A stretch of 64,000 bases of DNA from Vicugna vicugna (GCA_013265495.1 MU058815.1:504523-568522); one strand, 5' to 3'; numbered from the stretch's first letter, positions 24,996 through 40,000 are shown. The notes: generated by a model from the letters alone, not told the origin. Made by a program: numbers and translations.

Positions 24996-26342
24996 CCACT
25001 TTCCTTGGGCTATACATCTCAGACACTTTTCACTTGGTCCGCTTTACCCAGAAAGACCTGCTCTTCCCTTAGCACGGAGCGAGCACAAAAGGCACTTGGT
25101 AGCATGTCCCATCCCTCTGACGCGTTCAGGACTCAGCACGCTTTACCGCGTGACAGCCGTGGGTGACAGCCGTGGGACAGGCACCAGGGGCGGTGGGGAA
25201 GCTACGCTCGCCTGCCTCTCAGGCCGTCCTTGAACATCCCTGACTGTGTCTCTTCTCTTTCAATGCAATACGTCGTGCTAGGATCTCTCAAAGAACCAGG
25301 CTGCAGGTCTGAGTCACGGAAGCTTAGAATCTAGGGCGTCTGGCATGTAGGGGAACTTTACATAGATTAGTTGTTTTACTCATGTAGAGACTAAAAAATA
25401 TGCTTTCCAACCCATTTCCTGGGTGAATCCTGAATGTGCTGAACTTGTACACAGAGAAGTATCAGCTGTTTTAGGTCATGTTCTCCCGGGGAGAACTTAA
25501 AACATGGACTTAAAACTTTCCAAGTATCATTTCACATGAATTAAATGGATTTCCCTTGATACATACAAGGCACCTGCAGCCTAATCCAGCTTGTTATTGG
25601 ACATCTGGGCTCATCTTGCATGAGTGGAGCAAGCCGGTGGGAGAAGGAATGAAACAAAATGCCCTTTTTCTGGATGCCTGGATGCTGAATGCCAGATTAA
25701 AGTTTAACTAAAACCACGTGGACACAGAATCATAACTCGAGTTCAGACACACAGGAGCCGTGTTTCAAAGCCTATTATTCTTTAAACAAAATTTTGGAGA
25801 ACATATTATTTACCATATTATTTTACCAAATTTGTAATTACTAGGCACTGGTCTGGGTCTCGGGGACGGGACAGCCAACAGTTCAGCCGTGGTCTCCAGC
25901 ACGTGCTTACAGTGCCGGCAGAGCACGGACAGCAACAACTACCTGTCAGGATTTAGGGAAGCTTCAAGACTCCAGCAAGGCGGCAAACTAGCACAGACTG
26001 CCGATTTCCTCTCCTAAATGCAGCCTCCGAGATGGCAGAGGCAAATCACAGGTTAGAGGAGACCAAAAAAATTTATGTAGAACTCACCATTGAAAATCCT
26101 GCCCTTGAAAATGTTTACCTTTAAGGTATTTACTGGAAAATAATAAAACCAATAACCTAAATGTAAAGGTCTTGAAAAATAGTATAAGTGTAATTCAATG
26201 AAACAAGAAAGTAGAAAAATAAGTTAGAAACCAATAAAAGAAAATAAAATATGAGTAAAAAACAAAATCAAACTTAAAAAATTGTGCTAGGCAAAGTCCT
26301 GGGAAGAGTATCATAAAAATGAAAATGGCAGGACAAGGCAGA

Positions 26343-26460
26343 GGGGAGGGGACAGCTCGGTGGCAGAGCTCATGCTTTAGAACGCATGAGGTCCTGGGTT
26401 CAATCCCCAGTACCTCCATTTAAAAAAAGAAAAGAAAAGAAAACGACAAAAATAAAAATA
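26343..26460 (+). mobile_element. tRNA-Ala-derived SINE, short form, in intron 12
   Basis: ggggaggggacagctcggtggcagagc...gggttcaatccccagtacctcca followed by an A-rich tail. Confidence 0.85.
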
Positions 26461-28436
26461 GTAGGAATAATACAGATACAAGAGAGCTGATCCCAGACTA
26501 CAGCAAACCCAAAGGCCCCAGGTCTGGATGGATGCCCCCACCTCCCCACTCCTGCCACAGAGGCCTCCTCAGTGTCCTGTTCCTGCTCCCCCTTGACCCT
26601 CGCACAACCTGCACCCACTCCTCTCCTGTGCGTCTGGTACGAGGGGCTGGGGAGGAAGCCACAGGATGGGACACCGGGAGCCCAAAGAGTGGGAGCGACT
26701 GGAGAAAACCATTCTTTGGGGTGCCTACACGCAGGTGTCACGCAACGATCTATAACTCCAGGTGTGGAGGACGGCAATTCTCCAAGAAGGTAAGAGAGGA
26801 AGGAGGCGCAGGGACTAAGCTCTAGCGAGAGGGATGTTAAGAGAAAGCCTGCAGAGGAGCCAAGGTGAAGCAATTCAAAGAGGCCGGAGACGCACCAGCG
26901 TGCGGTGCAACGGAATCCAGAGAGCGCGGCCAGACGGGCAGAGCGGCCGCTGCGCGGGAGCTAATGCGCTCAGCAAGACGGGCCTCCGCGGGGCGTCTGC
27001 TCCAGCGCGGGAGCGGAGGCGGACTGCGGCCGCCCCCGGCGTGCGCGAGCGGTGAGGGTGCGGGGAAGGCACAAACAGCTCTGCAGAGACTGCCTACAGA
27101 GAGAGGCAGAGCAATGGGCTAACTGCCAGAGGGGCGTGTGGGGTCACGCGAAAGCGGGATTCAAGACAAGAGAGGACAGAGTGTCCCCGAGTGCGAATCA
27201 AATGACTCAGGAAAGGGGAGAGACGGAAGAGAAAGAAGAGGGGACACCCAAGGGCACTCGGTCCTTCAGGAAGCAGAGCTGTGATGGATGGAGGAAGACT
27301 GGTTCAGATACCGCAGGCGTACAGGTTTGTCAGGAAAATGAGGGCGTTCCCAAGTGACAGGACGAGGCTGTCAGCTAAAGGGGGGTGGAGGGAGACGGGG
27401 GGTGAGGGATTCTGGAGAGAAAAAAGGTGTGAGAGAACTGGGGAAAGTAGAGAATTGGACTTAAAATAAACATACTAATACTGCTAGACAGAATAGAGGG
27501 CATCTGAGGCAGATGTTACTGAATTTATAGTGTCTCCAGTGTGCTGTGCTGGTCTATTAATATTTCATAAACCAATGTAACTGGAAACAACCATAATCTC
27601 TCTCTACCATAAATCATGTAAGAACTTTCGTCACGATTGTGAAGTCAGACTCAGACTTTAATTACTTCTGCCTTTAACTTTATCTGGAACATCTGTGACC
27701 TACTTATTTATCAACTGTCCTTTTCTTTTAGAAAAGTTTCTAGTTTCTGTGTCTGGCAAGAGAAAACAGGTCTTCCGTGACTGAAAAGGCAGGTTTCACC
27801 TTGGAAAGGCAAAATGAAGTGGGTAAGGCGAGATCATTTGCTGTAACACCAGAAATCTGCCTGAAGACGTCACCAACAGCTTCTTTCTCAAGAGGAACCT
27901 AAAAGAACTACTCTTACGTAGTTAAAACGAAACGGAACCAAACCAAACCAAAAACCAGAACACTCATAAGGTTCGCTTCGATGTCACTCGTTTCTTTTTC
28001 TTGAAGTCGTTTAAAATAAAACTTGGTAATCTTCTAAAAAGCAACATGGACAGTATGAACTCACTGTCACCTAATTACATCCTTTCATCCGTACAGATGT
28101 GGAGAGGTTCTCCAGGGTCTATGCTGGTTATTTCTGGGGGTAGCATGCTGATCTGTTGCCATCTTTACCTTCCATACTGCTGTAATGTTTCACTAGTGAG
28201 CTTGTAACATTTTTAGAAAAATAAGTTGTGATTCTTTAAAACGAGGACAAAATGGACACTCTGGTTACATGCACGCAGACCAATTTGAGTGGTTTGAGTT
28301 TTTGGTTTCTTATTTGGAATTCAGTCAGACTGACCGAGGCTTATTGAATGCACTCCAAAACCATTCAAATTTGTCATGAGTCGTTTAAATGTGGCGCAGA
28401 TAAACTTCACATTCGCTGAAAATACGTCAAACTTAC

Positions 28437-28491
28437 CCTTGTAAAGCTTTATGAATTCGTCTGCACTTTTCCTTCAACACTGCAAAAATAC
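28437..28491 (-). CDS. SPTLC1: SPTLC1 exon 12 (55 nt) (G)IFAVLKEKCRRIHKALQ(G)
   Basis: ccattcag|GT ATT ... CAA GG|gtaagt. Confidence 0.96.
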
Positions 28492-29604
28492 CTGAATGGA
28501 AAAAAATACATTCGATAGTGTATCTGGGAGACTTGATATTACTAACCTAAAAATAGTTTAAAGACCGGGTTCATCCATTTAAAATGTTGCAAACCCTTCC
28601 ACCTGCTAACAGCACACAAACAGACGCCAGCAACGCCTCCGGAGGCCCCAGCTTCCGTCTCTGGTGCATCCTGGCTGCACCTTCCCTGCTTCTCACCCGT
28701 TTTCTGTAAAATGTGGGATGAGGTTTTCCACAGCAAAACAGTGGCTCTTGTTCTTACCAAGAGTCTGTAAATTCTGCAAGTAATCTGGCTAAGAATCAGA
28801 GGGTAAATGTCTATTACTTATTTCTGAAGCCTCAACAACGTGGGGAGAGCCTGACACTGCGGTCCTGTCAGAGATCTCTTCCGGGGTCCTTTCCCTTTCC
28901 TGAAGGAAACGTCACAAACTGAAGCACGTGAGTGGGAGACGGGGACGCGGGGCTGCCTGACCAGCGAGGGCATGAATGCGTACATGGAAACGCTTGTGTC
29001 TACGGATTCTCTGAATTAAAAACCCATGCTGAAACTGCAGAAATCTAGAAAATTTAAAATTAAGAAATCCCAGGCCTGCTTTTCCATTTCTGTTTCACGC
29101 TTTGACAAGAAGGCGGTATCACGGCTCAAAACACATTTCAGTTTAGCTGCCCGCCTGGCAAGCCGGCGTCAGTGGCTGGTAAACCAGTCTGGCCTCAGCA
29201 CAACTGATGCTTCAGAAGCTTTAGGGGAAAACTAGACGAAGCTACAGTACACGTACCCCAAAGCAGCACACGGCAGCTGCTTTCTCAAAGAAATGATAAG
29301 CCGTGTGGTGACTGGCCCAGGGCTCACCCCTCCTTTTTCAGGCACCTCTGCCCACCAGCGGAGCCAGCCCTACTTTGGCTCTGACTTCATCTCCGGAAGC
29401 GGGAGAGAATTTCTAAACCGAAACTCTGAGGCAGGGGCAGCGTCTTCACTGCCACTCTTCCCACGAATGCCCGATGATGTGATGCTTAGCCGCAGCTTTG
29501 GCCGGTGTGCGAGCTCCTCTAGCTAATTCCTCCCCAGAGGCCACCCGGCAGCATGGCTGACGCGACCTGCGCCGTCTCTGATTTCCGGAGCTTAAAGGTC
29601 GTAC

Positions 29605-29701
29605 CTGGGTTCTCTTCCATGATGTTGAGGGCCTCGATGGCAGCAGCGGCCAGCAGGGGCGGTAACGAGGCAGAAAAGCAGTACCCCTGGCCGGAGAGTC
29701 G
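29605..29701 (-). CDS. SPTLC1: SPTLC1 exon 11 (97 nt) [32 protein letters not shown](G)
   Basis: ctcctcag|CGA ... CCA G|gtacga; lies within track ORF 29519..29719. Confidence 0.97.
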
Positions 29702-30052
29702 CTGAGGAGAAACAAACAAGCCACAAACACAAAGACTTGGAGTTTTTTTGCGTTTTTGGCTAAAAGAAATCTAAAGGCACCAAATCTCTGCACCACCTAC
29801 CAAACAGTGTGTACAAACGATGAGGTGGGACGATCCAGGCATGGACAGGAGCTATCCATGCGACAGAAACTAAACTTTGTTTTTAAAGGGCAATCATTTC
29901 TAAATGTAAGTGTTCTGGGTGATCCTTTAACAAACTGACTTCTAAATAAAAAATGTGTCTTCAGCTAAAGTTAGAATGAAATTCTGTAATGAGTATTTAC
30001 ATTTTTTGGTGACCAGAGGAGCAATCAGTTTCAGTTTTTGCTTTTGTTTTTA

Positions 30053-30193
<141 letters not shown>

Positions 30194-32295
30194 TCAATTG
30201 AAAGAAAAGATCCACCCCAGGCTTTTAAAGAGAGAAAAAGAAAAGAATAAAAGAGGCCAAAGTCAAGTCTACAGACAGAATTTCAGCAGTAGTCATGTCC
30301 ACATCTGGACTCAAACAAGCCAGCTATGTGACAATAAAGGAAAAGCCACACAAAATCAGTCATTAAAAGGAATGACGTTTCAAAGCCGGCCTCTGAAGGT
30401 GTCTGACGTCGCACTTTTTGCCATTTCACCATGCACTGACAATTTATTTACAGTGGAACAGACAGAGAAAGGATGAAATCTAAAGCTATTTGATGCTAAA
30501 AATGTTCAGAGGTACAAGATAAGACCCTTCCTCGCTAAGACAGTGGTCTAGCTGGCCTTCCCCGGAGAAGGTACTTGAGAGAAATAAATAGCAAACTATC
30601 AGAGTTTTGAGCACTTTATTCCTACATCCCATTTACCTTTTTCATCTTTTCAAAAATGAAATCAGTTTATCCAAACATCACGGCGATGCACGCTTTGATC
30701 AAACTGGACCAACTGAGAATAAACCTACGTGTGCCCTGGGCTCCTGAATTCCCACTGTCTTCTCGAAGCCTCAGCGTTCCTTCGATCCTCACCTTCTGCT
30801 CCAGCCCTCAGCACCAAGTGCCATCCTGGTACACAGCAGCCTTCAGTGCTTGCTCACTGGTGGCCATGACAACGACATCATGACTGGTCAGATCTCATCT
30901 GGTGTTTTTCTAAGCGGTCCACAGATACAACAAGGAAACCTGTGCACTCTCACTCTTTTTCAACCTTTCACTGTGAAATACTTCAAACTTACACAAAAGT
31001 AGAGAGAATGAAGACCCCCCATCACCAGATCCAAAAATTATCAACTCACGGACAATCCTGTTCCACGGATAGCCCCCTAATGCCCTCATCATTTCTTTGG
31101 AACAAATCCCAGGCTTCATATGTTTTTGTCTATAAATGTTTCAGTGTGACCTTCTAAAAGATACGCACTCTTTCAAAAACACAATCACAAAAGCACTATC
31201 ACACCTAAAAAATGAAAAAATTCGTAAAGTCAAATACTGCGTGTTTGAGCATCTCTGTCTCACAAAGCTTGTTCTTTACAGTATTTGTCCGAACCAGGGC
31301 CCAGGCAAGGCCCGCACGTTCTGCACTCCTACCGGTGAGTACCATGTCGTGGCAGCTGCCGAGAGCAGTCAGACACCTGGGGCAGTGAAGGCAGACGGGG
31401 CTTCTTCCTTCTTTAAAACTGTCAAGCCTCGTAAACTGCTCTAGTGCAAATTTTACTTGAATTTATGTTTCCGTCGATCTCACACTCTCCAGTGCATTTA
31501 AGTGCCGGACGTGAGTTTGTCTTTGAGGCGTGCGCGTCAGTTAGCTTCGTGCGACGTCCGCCCCGCTCTGTGCTCTTCTTAGGTCTGTGTGGGTGGAGGG
31601 GTGCACATAGTCTAAGGTGATTTTATCTTTTATGTTCCGCTCTTCACGCAGGTGCAAACTTTCATGCACAGGATTCGGAGAAAAGCTTCCTTTAACCCAA
31701 CCACACGCCGGTGGGTAAAGACAGGTTCTGCAGGTGGGTCCGTGGCTCTCCTCCCTGAGGCTCTACTAGCAAAGCCACTACAACTGAGGCCAGTTGAGGC
31801 TCCTTTGCCGTCAGCAAAAGCAAACATGACAAACTCCCTCCAGTCGTCTGGGACCGTGAGGGGCTTTGCTGAATCCGTGCCAGCGCTATTTCTGACATTA
31901 AACATACAAAACTCACCCCCATATACACACATTACAGAGCATATGGAATTCTAAATAGTAGAAAGAGTATCTTTCTAAAGAACTACTCAGGGAATCCTTA
32001 CTGATTGTAAGGAAAAACTGGAAGGCAAATTTAACTATGTCTAGAGAAGAGACACTGAAAGCTGGGATCAAATGTTACTATGAAAACAACACAAATTCTG
32101 TGAGGAGCCACCACGGGAAGATGCGGCCAGTGGTCTGGCTGAGCCAACCCTCTGTGGGCTCAGGGAAGCGACAGACACCAGGGCTGCACCCTGCACACGG
32201 ATGCGGAGCACTGTCTCGTGTCCATGAGACCTGCCCAGCAGGGGGGAACTGCGTGTTTTCCATCTGAGGCAGCGTTCTGAAAAAGGAGAACTTAC

Positions 32296-32403
32296 ATTGA
32301 TTCCAAAGTGTTCCGTGACTCCTCGGCCATGCTCCCCCAGGACTCCGAACGAAAGGCTTTCCTCCAGAAAGATCCTTGCTTTGTACTTGTATTTTAATTT
32401 AAC
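32296..32403 (-). CDS. SPTLC1: SPTLC1 exon 9 (108 nt) [36 protein letters not shown]
   Basis: cactcag|GTT ... AAT|gtaagt; lies within track ORF 32068..32460. Confidence 0.97.
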
Positions 32404-32507
32404 CTGAGTGGCAAATACACATAACTTAAAAGTGCTGGGGATTAGCAGCACACAGAACACAGGGGGAGAACAAAATTAAACTTAAAAAGAAGAAGAAAAA
32501 GCATGTA

Positions 32508-32760
32508 CAGTTGATCCTCAATATTGGTGAGTTCATACCTGTGAAAATGCCTACTTGCTAAAATCAATCTGTAACCTCAAAATCACTACTGAGGGCATTC
32601 CCACGGGCAGTGAAGGTTTTCAGGCACCTAATGTGCCCCTTCCCAGCTGAGTTAACAGGCTACTGCTTCAGATTTTTACTATAAACAAGTGTCCCCTTCA
32701 TGTTCTATTTACTGCCACCTTTTTTGCATTTTGTGGTTTTGTTGTTGAAGTAGTGTTAAG
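32508..32760 (+). mobile_element. MER44/Tigger7-like DNA transposon fragment
   Basis: TA + 'cagttgatcctca...cctacttgctaaaatcaatctgtaacctcaaaatca' resembles the MER44 5' end (recall). Confidence 0.55.
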
Positions 32761-33929
32761 TAAGGTGGATCATACACACAAACTCCTAGTGAGAGGGACA
32801 TACTCTTCCCTCAGAGGCAACGTGTTTTAATTTAGATTCATTTTTAAATGTGGAATAAGTTTTCATTAATATATTTTTTAATCTTTTCTTTTCCCTTTGC
32901 TTTCAGGCTTATAAGAAAGTGCCTTCCCATCAAAGGTTTAGATGCACATTTATCTATATGTTCTTCTAAGTGTTTCATAATCTTCCTGGTTTATATGCTG
33001 GGAAGCTGAACATGTGTACAGAATTTTTCCCCTAATATTCACCTGATTTACCCCCTATAAGATATGTATGTGATCAAGTTTCACAATTGAATTAAAATAC
33101 GGTGATTATCAATCATTAAATTTTTATAGACGTGACATGAGAAATTGGGCTCTCAAATCCTTCTGTGACTCACAAAATCCTCTTTTGTGCCAGAATCACA
33201 CCTTTAATTATTAAAGGTTTAATCACTAAGCTCTTTTTCCACTGAAACTACAGAAACGGGGCACAGAATGTGTGGGATGGTCTGATGTCCCACATCGTGA
33301 GCTTCTGATAATTTATTTTTCAAGATTTACAGGCTAATCTTGCTAATCAGTATCAAGTTGGGAAGGGGGCCCACTGGGTTTGTAGCTGGATTTTCATTAA
33401 CAATGAACAGATGAATTCTCAACACTGACTCTTTCCCATCCAGTAATACGAGATGTATGAATGAGATACTTTTTAAAAACCATGCTTTAGAAAATGTTTC
33501 ATATTATTATTACAGTGCTGGTACATAAATAGACAAATAAGGGAAACAAAACAGAAGTCCCTTTGTCAAGCCCTAGTTTGTATCCTGTGATCTGTACATG
33601 CTTACTACTTACATATGCTTGATTTGTTCCTGCACTTTGTATTTTGCTTCACTGGCTGCATATCTGCCCACCAGCACTGCTTTATTATGACACCCCTATG
33701 ACACACCCTTCCAGTATCTTGCGACCCAGTCTCTCTTCCACATTACTCTGTCAGTCTTTGACACTCACAAACGGAAGCAGAGGAAAACAAGTCATGTCTT
33801 CTGTTGACATTTATAATGTATCTAGATTTCCTCAGGAAACAGTGAAAAAAACTTAAAAATAAGCCATGAACCCTTGTTTTGAATCCTTATTCAACTGATG
33901 GACTCACTCAGATTCAGATTTCAATGGTC

Positions 33930-36245
33930 AAATGCAATGGTGGTTCAATACAGGAAAAAAAAAATCACTGTAATACGCCACATTAATAGAATGAAGGAAA
34001 GCCACATGATCAACTCAACCGATGCAGGAAAGCATCTGGCAGAGCAGCCCTCTCATGATGAGAGCGTTCAACAAGTCCGAGATAAGAGGGAACCTCATCA
34101 GCTTGATAAAGGGCGTTTAGGGAAAACCCACAGCTACAGTCGTACTCAGTGGTGACGGCCTGAAAGCTTTCCCCAGAGATCAGGAACAAGACAAGGATGC
34201 CCCTCTTGCCACTTCTCGACACTGTACTGGAAGCTCTAGCCAGAGCAATCAGGCAAGAAAAAGAAGGGCATCCAAATTGGAAAGGAGGAAGTAGAACTGC
34301 CTCTGCTCACAGATGACATGGTCCCACAGACAGAATACGATCCACCAAAGTGGGATTTCAGCTAATAAACAGGTTCAGCAAAGGTTGCAGGATATAAGAT
34401 CAATACACAAAAGTCAGTTGTATTTCTACACCTAGCAATGAGCAACCCCCCAAAAAATTATTAAAACAATTCCATCTATACTAACATCCCAAAGAATAAA
34501 GTACTTGGGAATACATTTAACCAAAGAGGTACAAGACTTGTACAGCAAAAACCGCAGAACAATGCTTTAGGAAATTACGGGAAAAAATCTAAATAAATGG
34601 AAATACATCCCATGTTCATCAATGAGAAGACTTTGTATCAGTAAGATGGCAATACTTCTCAGAGCAGTATAAGTATTCAATATAATCCCTATGAAAAATC
34701 TCAATGGCATTTTTTTTTTTTACAGAAATGGAAAAGCTGATCCTAACATTCAAATGAAATTTCAAGGGACCCCAAGTAATCAAAACAATCTTGAAAAAAA
34801 CAAAAATGAAGAACTCACATGTCTTGGTTTCACATTTACCACAAAGCTACAGAAATTAAGTAATTAAGCAGGTACTAGCATAAGGCTAGACATACAGATG
34901 AATGGAACAGAACCAAGAGTCTGGAAAGAGACTCCTGCGTCTACAGTCAACGGATTTTTCACAAGGGCGCCAAGACCATTCAATGGGAAAACAACAGTCT
35001 CGTCTACAAATGGCGCAGGGACTGGAGAGCCACACGCAGGAGGAGGAAGGTCAACCCCTCTTTCACAGCACATACAGAAATTAAGTCCAAGTGGATCAAG
35101 GACCTAAAATAAGAGCTAAAATGATGGACCTCTTAGAAGAAAACACAGGGCATACTCTCATGACACTGGATTTGGCAGTGAGTCTCTTAGATACGACACC
35201 AAAAGCAAAAGCAACAACTAAAAACTGCATAAGCTGGACTTCACCAAATTTAAGAATTCTGTGCATCAAAGGATACTGCTGAAGAAATGCAAAGACAACC
35301 TACAGAATGGGAGAAAAGACCTGCAAACCATGCGTCTGATAAAGGTCTAGGATCCAGAATATACACAGAACCCTTACAACTTAACAAAAAGACAACCCAG
35401 TTTAGAAATGGACAGAGGACGTCCACAGATGCTTCCTCAAGGACAATACAAATGGGCAATAAACACAAGAAAAGAGGCTCATGTCATCGGTCATGTAAGA
35501 AATGCAAATCATAACCATGTGTCTCACATCTACTAGAATGGTGAAGACTGAAAAAAAACCCAGGAACACATTGGTGGGGATGTGGCGAAACGGGAACCCT
35601 CCTCCATTGCTGGTGGGAATGTAAAGTGGTACAGCCACCGTGGAAAACAGCATGGCAGTTCCTCAATAAGGTGAACTCAGAGTTACCACCCGATCCAGCA
35701 AGCACACTGTCAGGCATGTACACAAAGACCTGAAAACTGGGGTTCAAACAAATACGCGTACATGAATATTCACAGCAGCACTGTTTACAAAAGCTGAAAG
35801 GTGAAACAATAAAAACACGCATTAAACAAACAAGCCAACAAACAAAAACCCCCCAAATGTGACACATCCACACAGTGGAATATCACTTAGCATTAAAAAG
35901 GAATGAAGTACTGATACACGCTACAAACTGGATAAATGATGAAAACATGGTGATAGGTGAATGGAGATAAACACAAAAGGTCATGTATTACATGATTCCA
36001 TTTATCAGAAACATCCAGAGTAGGTAAATCCCATATAGGCAGCAAGCAGACTGGTGGGGGCTAGGGACAAGGGAAAATGGGAAGTGACTGCTGAACGGGT
36101 ACAGCGTCTTCTCTGGGAGTGACGAGAAGTTTCTACAACTGGACAGTGGATGGGTGCCCATCACTGGGCATGTACTAAATGCCATTGAACTGTGCACTTT
36201 AAAATGGCTAATTTTATGTTATGTGAATTTCACCTACAAAAAGAA
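33930..36245 (+). mobile_element. 5'-truncated L1 (ORF2 RT/C-terminal part plus 3'UTR, L1MB-like), antisense to SPTLC1, in intron 8
   Basis: Track peptides match L1 ORF2: VIRHINRMKE..HMINSTDAGK, RQPTEWEKRPANHASDKGLGSRIY; 'caggaacaagacaaggatgccc'; many stops and frameshifts. Confidence 0.92.
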
Positions 36246-36589
36246 TCTCAATACTCATGGTTTCTAAAAACAGCGTATTGCTCCCCCTTGTTAAAAAGCT
36301 GAGTTTTACAAAATATGTATGCTTTCACTTATATAAAACTCTATGAAGAATAAAAGTATAGGAGCAGAACGTAGATCCATGGTGGCCTGGGGCCAGGGGT
36401 GGGGGTACAAACGGGCATGAGGGAACCTCTGGAGTGACAGACATGTTTCTGTATCTTGATTGTGGTGGTACATCTATCAGAACTTCTCAAACTGTACACT
36501 TAAAGTAAGCGTATTTTATTGCGTGTCAATTACACTCAATAAATTTGGTTTTAAAAAATTCAGTCTTGATTACCCTTTACTTGTGTGTG

Positions 36590-36715
36590 TGTGTAATTTC
36601 TGGGGGGGGTGTAATTAGGTTTATTTATTTATTTTTAGAGGAGGTCCTGGGAATCGAACCCAAAACCTCGTGCATGCTAAGCATGCGCTCTACCACTTGA
36701 GCTGTACCCCCCCCC
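36590..36715 (-). mobile_element. tRNA-Ala-derived SINE in intron 8
   Basis: Reverse complement: agctcaagtggtagagcgcatgcttagcatgcacgagg..gggttcgattccc...aaataaacctaattac. Confidence 0.88.
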
Positions 36716-36874
36716 GAATACTCTTTAAAGGCCAGAGCTGGCATTCAATGTTCATCTACTTCCCTGCTATGATTCGAAGGAAATTATGATTTCTGCTTAG
36801 CAAAGCAATGAAGATGTTATACATTCAAAGTGGTCATAAACAAAAGGCGTAACTGCCGAAGAGTCTGAAGACTA

Positions 36875-37048
<174 letters not shown>

Positions 37049-40000
37049 TTACATGCTCTCAGGCACTTCCACCTTACAGGATTTACTCCCCAGGATAAAT
37101 GAATAAACAGATAAGACAGATAGACTAAATCAATTTCAAGCTCAAGGTGTGAGATCCTGTTATTCTGAAATGAAAAACAGTGCTTTCTTCTCTCAGACAT
37201 GTTTTCAGTTCACATGGTCGACTAGAAGGCCTCACACACACACAAACTGTTTAGACACCGAATACATTAAAGCACAAAACCCTGTGAGCCCAGGGCGAGT
37301 GGGAAGGGACGCAAGGGGACTTTCTGGGGAGATAGGGATGCTTTATGTCATGATGGGGCCGTGATACCTGGGCTACAAACGTATAACCACTGGTCACAAT
37401 TGTATGACCAGGATTTATGTATTTCAATGTCTGTAAGTTTTACCTAAAATAAAAAGATCTATAATGACAACCAGCATCGCAGAGACAGAGCAGGGAGTCA
37501 GGTGAAGGCCCAGATGGTGCAAGAACGGCAGAATACCAAAACCAGAGCTGGGAGGAGGGTTCGGGGGGCTTCACTACACTACTGTGTTGCCTCTGAATGT
37601 GCCAGAAACTTTCCTAATGAAAAGTTAGAAAAGCAGACAAACCCTGCTTCCCCTTGTCTACCAAAAAACAGACGAAACCCTTTTCCGTCCCTCCTCCTCA
37701 TTAGCGAGTCAAGTAAAACTGGACCATGACCTCATCCAGCCACGTCTGAAGGCAGTCGGGTGGCGGGACTTTTCCAAGTAACACATGCCTTCCCACACCC
37801 ACTGACGTCAAGCTACCGATTAACCCTCCCACTGCCGAATCTGTGGCTGCTTCAGGTACGTCGCACTGAAAACATACCGAACCCACAGACAAAGTCTGCC
37901 ACCACCTTTCTACTCAAAGGTTTCCTGCCTCTAAGCCTATGTCTAATGAACAGCTAGAAACTCAAATATTAGAGCTGCTCTTGAAGGGGTACTTCAGAAC
38001 CCACGGTGGGAACACTCAGAAAGGTGTCCGCTGAAGTACGTGGCAGCTTACATCACTGAGCATTCTCAGTCACCTTCACTCTGTCGTTGACTCAAACCTG
38101 AAGGCCGTGGGTCTGCTGGGGTCACAGACAAGGACACAGGAGGCGTCCTGCCTCTCCCTGCCTTTCAAAAATCAAGTACTTTTCTTATGATTTTTAAAAT
38201 ATTCAGTGAAGGGATGTTGGAGAATGGAAAAGTACAAAAAAGAAGTTAACAAATTAGCTCATCACACCACACGCTGATCAGTTTTGGCCTTCTTGTACAT
38301 TACTTTGTTCAAATCAGGATTTTATTGCAGTATTTTTAGGACATGAGTCTTAAAAACACGACACTGTGAGCATTTCCACATTATTTAACATTATTTAAAC
38401 CATGATTTTAGAGGAGAGCTAAGATCACACCTTGAGAATACACCATGAATTACTGAACTATTCCCAGTGCTGGATTCCAGCTGGTTCCCTCATTCTGCTT
38501 TTTTACATCACACTGTGAATATTCCTCGATCTTTGACGCTATTTCTGATTATCTTCCAAAGACAGCACCCCAGATATGGGCCCAAGGGTATGGCATTTAA
38601 GAATCCTGTCTTATCACACGTCAGTGTGGCCCTGATTATCACTACAAAAAAAGTTTTCCCTAAGTGGACAGGCAAAAACTCCCACCTTAACTTCTCTAAC
38701 TGTTAGTGACGTCAGACTATTTTTCAGTTGCTCATAGTTACTTTTATTTCTTCTAACTGCTGTTCTTGGGTACTGTCTTTTTTTTTTTCTCCCCCCCAAA
38801 GAAGAATTAATATGGGACAAGAAAATTCTGTAAGAAAAGGAATGAAAAAAACATACAAACCACAACAGTTGGGAAACCGACAAAAAGAGCTTGATCCACA
38901 CCCAGACTAAAGTGCAGCATTTCAATTCACTTTCAAAGGAAACACAAGCACCTAAGTAGAATATATTTTAAAATGTAGCATTTATCATTTTTGTGAAAAT
39001 AAAACTGAAAAAGAATTATTTCTAAAAACCAAAATGTAAAGTGATTTAGAAAGCCCACTCTGGGCAGGAAAATGTGGTATAAGGAAATTAGTAAAAAGGT
39101 AAAAACTATAAAATGGAAATGAATTTTAAGATAATTTGATTTGTTATTCATTAAAAAAAAGTTACATGGGTTATAAATCTCATAAAAGACACACAAAACT
39201 TGAATAATGTCTTCCAAATCTGTACTGTGCTAACGTGACGAGATCCCTGCAGCAGGCTGGCTCGCTGGTCACGCTTTCTAAGGCAGTGTTCTTCAGCGTG
39301 GCAGCATTCCACCCCTGACCCAGAACAAGGGACATCTTTCGACAATGTACAGAAAGAATTCCTCATTGGAAGGGTCTCAATTTTATGATCTTCCCTATAG
39401 ATCTTTTTCTAAATTGTGTTAACTATGAAATGCTGCCTCCAGCACACCTATCTATAGCACATCTACAGCGGTGGTCTATGTGTGTTCACCACGAGAACGT
39501 GCCCATTCATGAGGCGCCGCTCCTAGGCGATCATCTAAACAAAGATGACAGAATCCGAAAGGAGTAACGCAAATCATCCGGAAAAGTGGAAATCAACATA
39601 AAATTAAGGAATATGATGAGCATTTTTATCAGTTACTCGAGTTATAAACGAGTTGCCCTGGAAAAGTCCACTTGAAAGTGGTGTTTGAGACAAAGCCTGT
39701 GGTGCCAGGCGCCCAGTGCAGTCTCCACAAGCTGCTTCAGAGCCACGGAGCAGAGCTGCCTTCTCCATCCAACGTTGTCAGGGGAAAAGAAATGCTAGTG
39801 CTAATAGCAACGCTTTGAATGCGATCCCCCTGCCACACTCTGCAGTCAGAACACCGAGGAGCAGGTGCTCTGCAGGTGCCTGGGGAGCAGCAGCGTGAAC
39901 GGGCTGCGAGACGGAAGGACCGCGCCCAGGGCCACTGTCTCCACAGGGAGCAGCCGCCCCGCGCTCCGGGGTGCGGTGCGGGTAGGGAGAGCGAGCCTCC

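Noticed and set aside
33930..36245. Coding-looking ORFs with reverse-transcriptase-like peptides
   Set aside because: Fragmented, frameshifted L1 ORF2 remnants; not an intact element, retron or novel RT system.
36640..36715. tRNA-Ala(AGC)-like sequences with A and B boxes (also at 15051, 9400, 49137 and others)
   Set aside because: They have broken stems, A-rich tails and in several cases TSDs, so they are SINE heads rather than tRNA genes.
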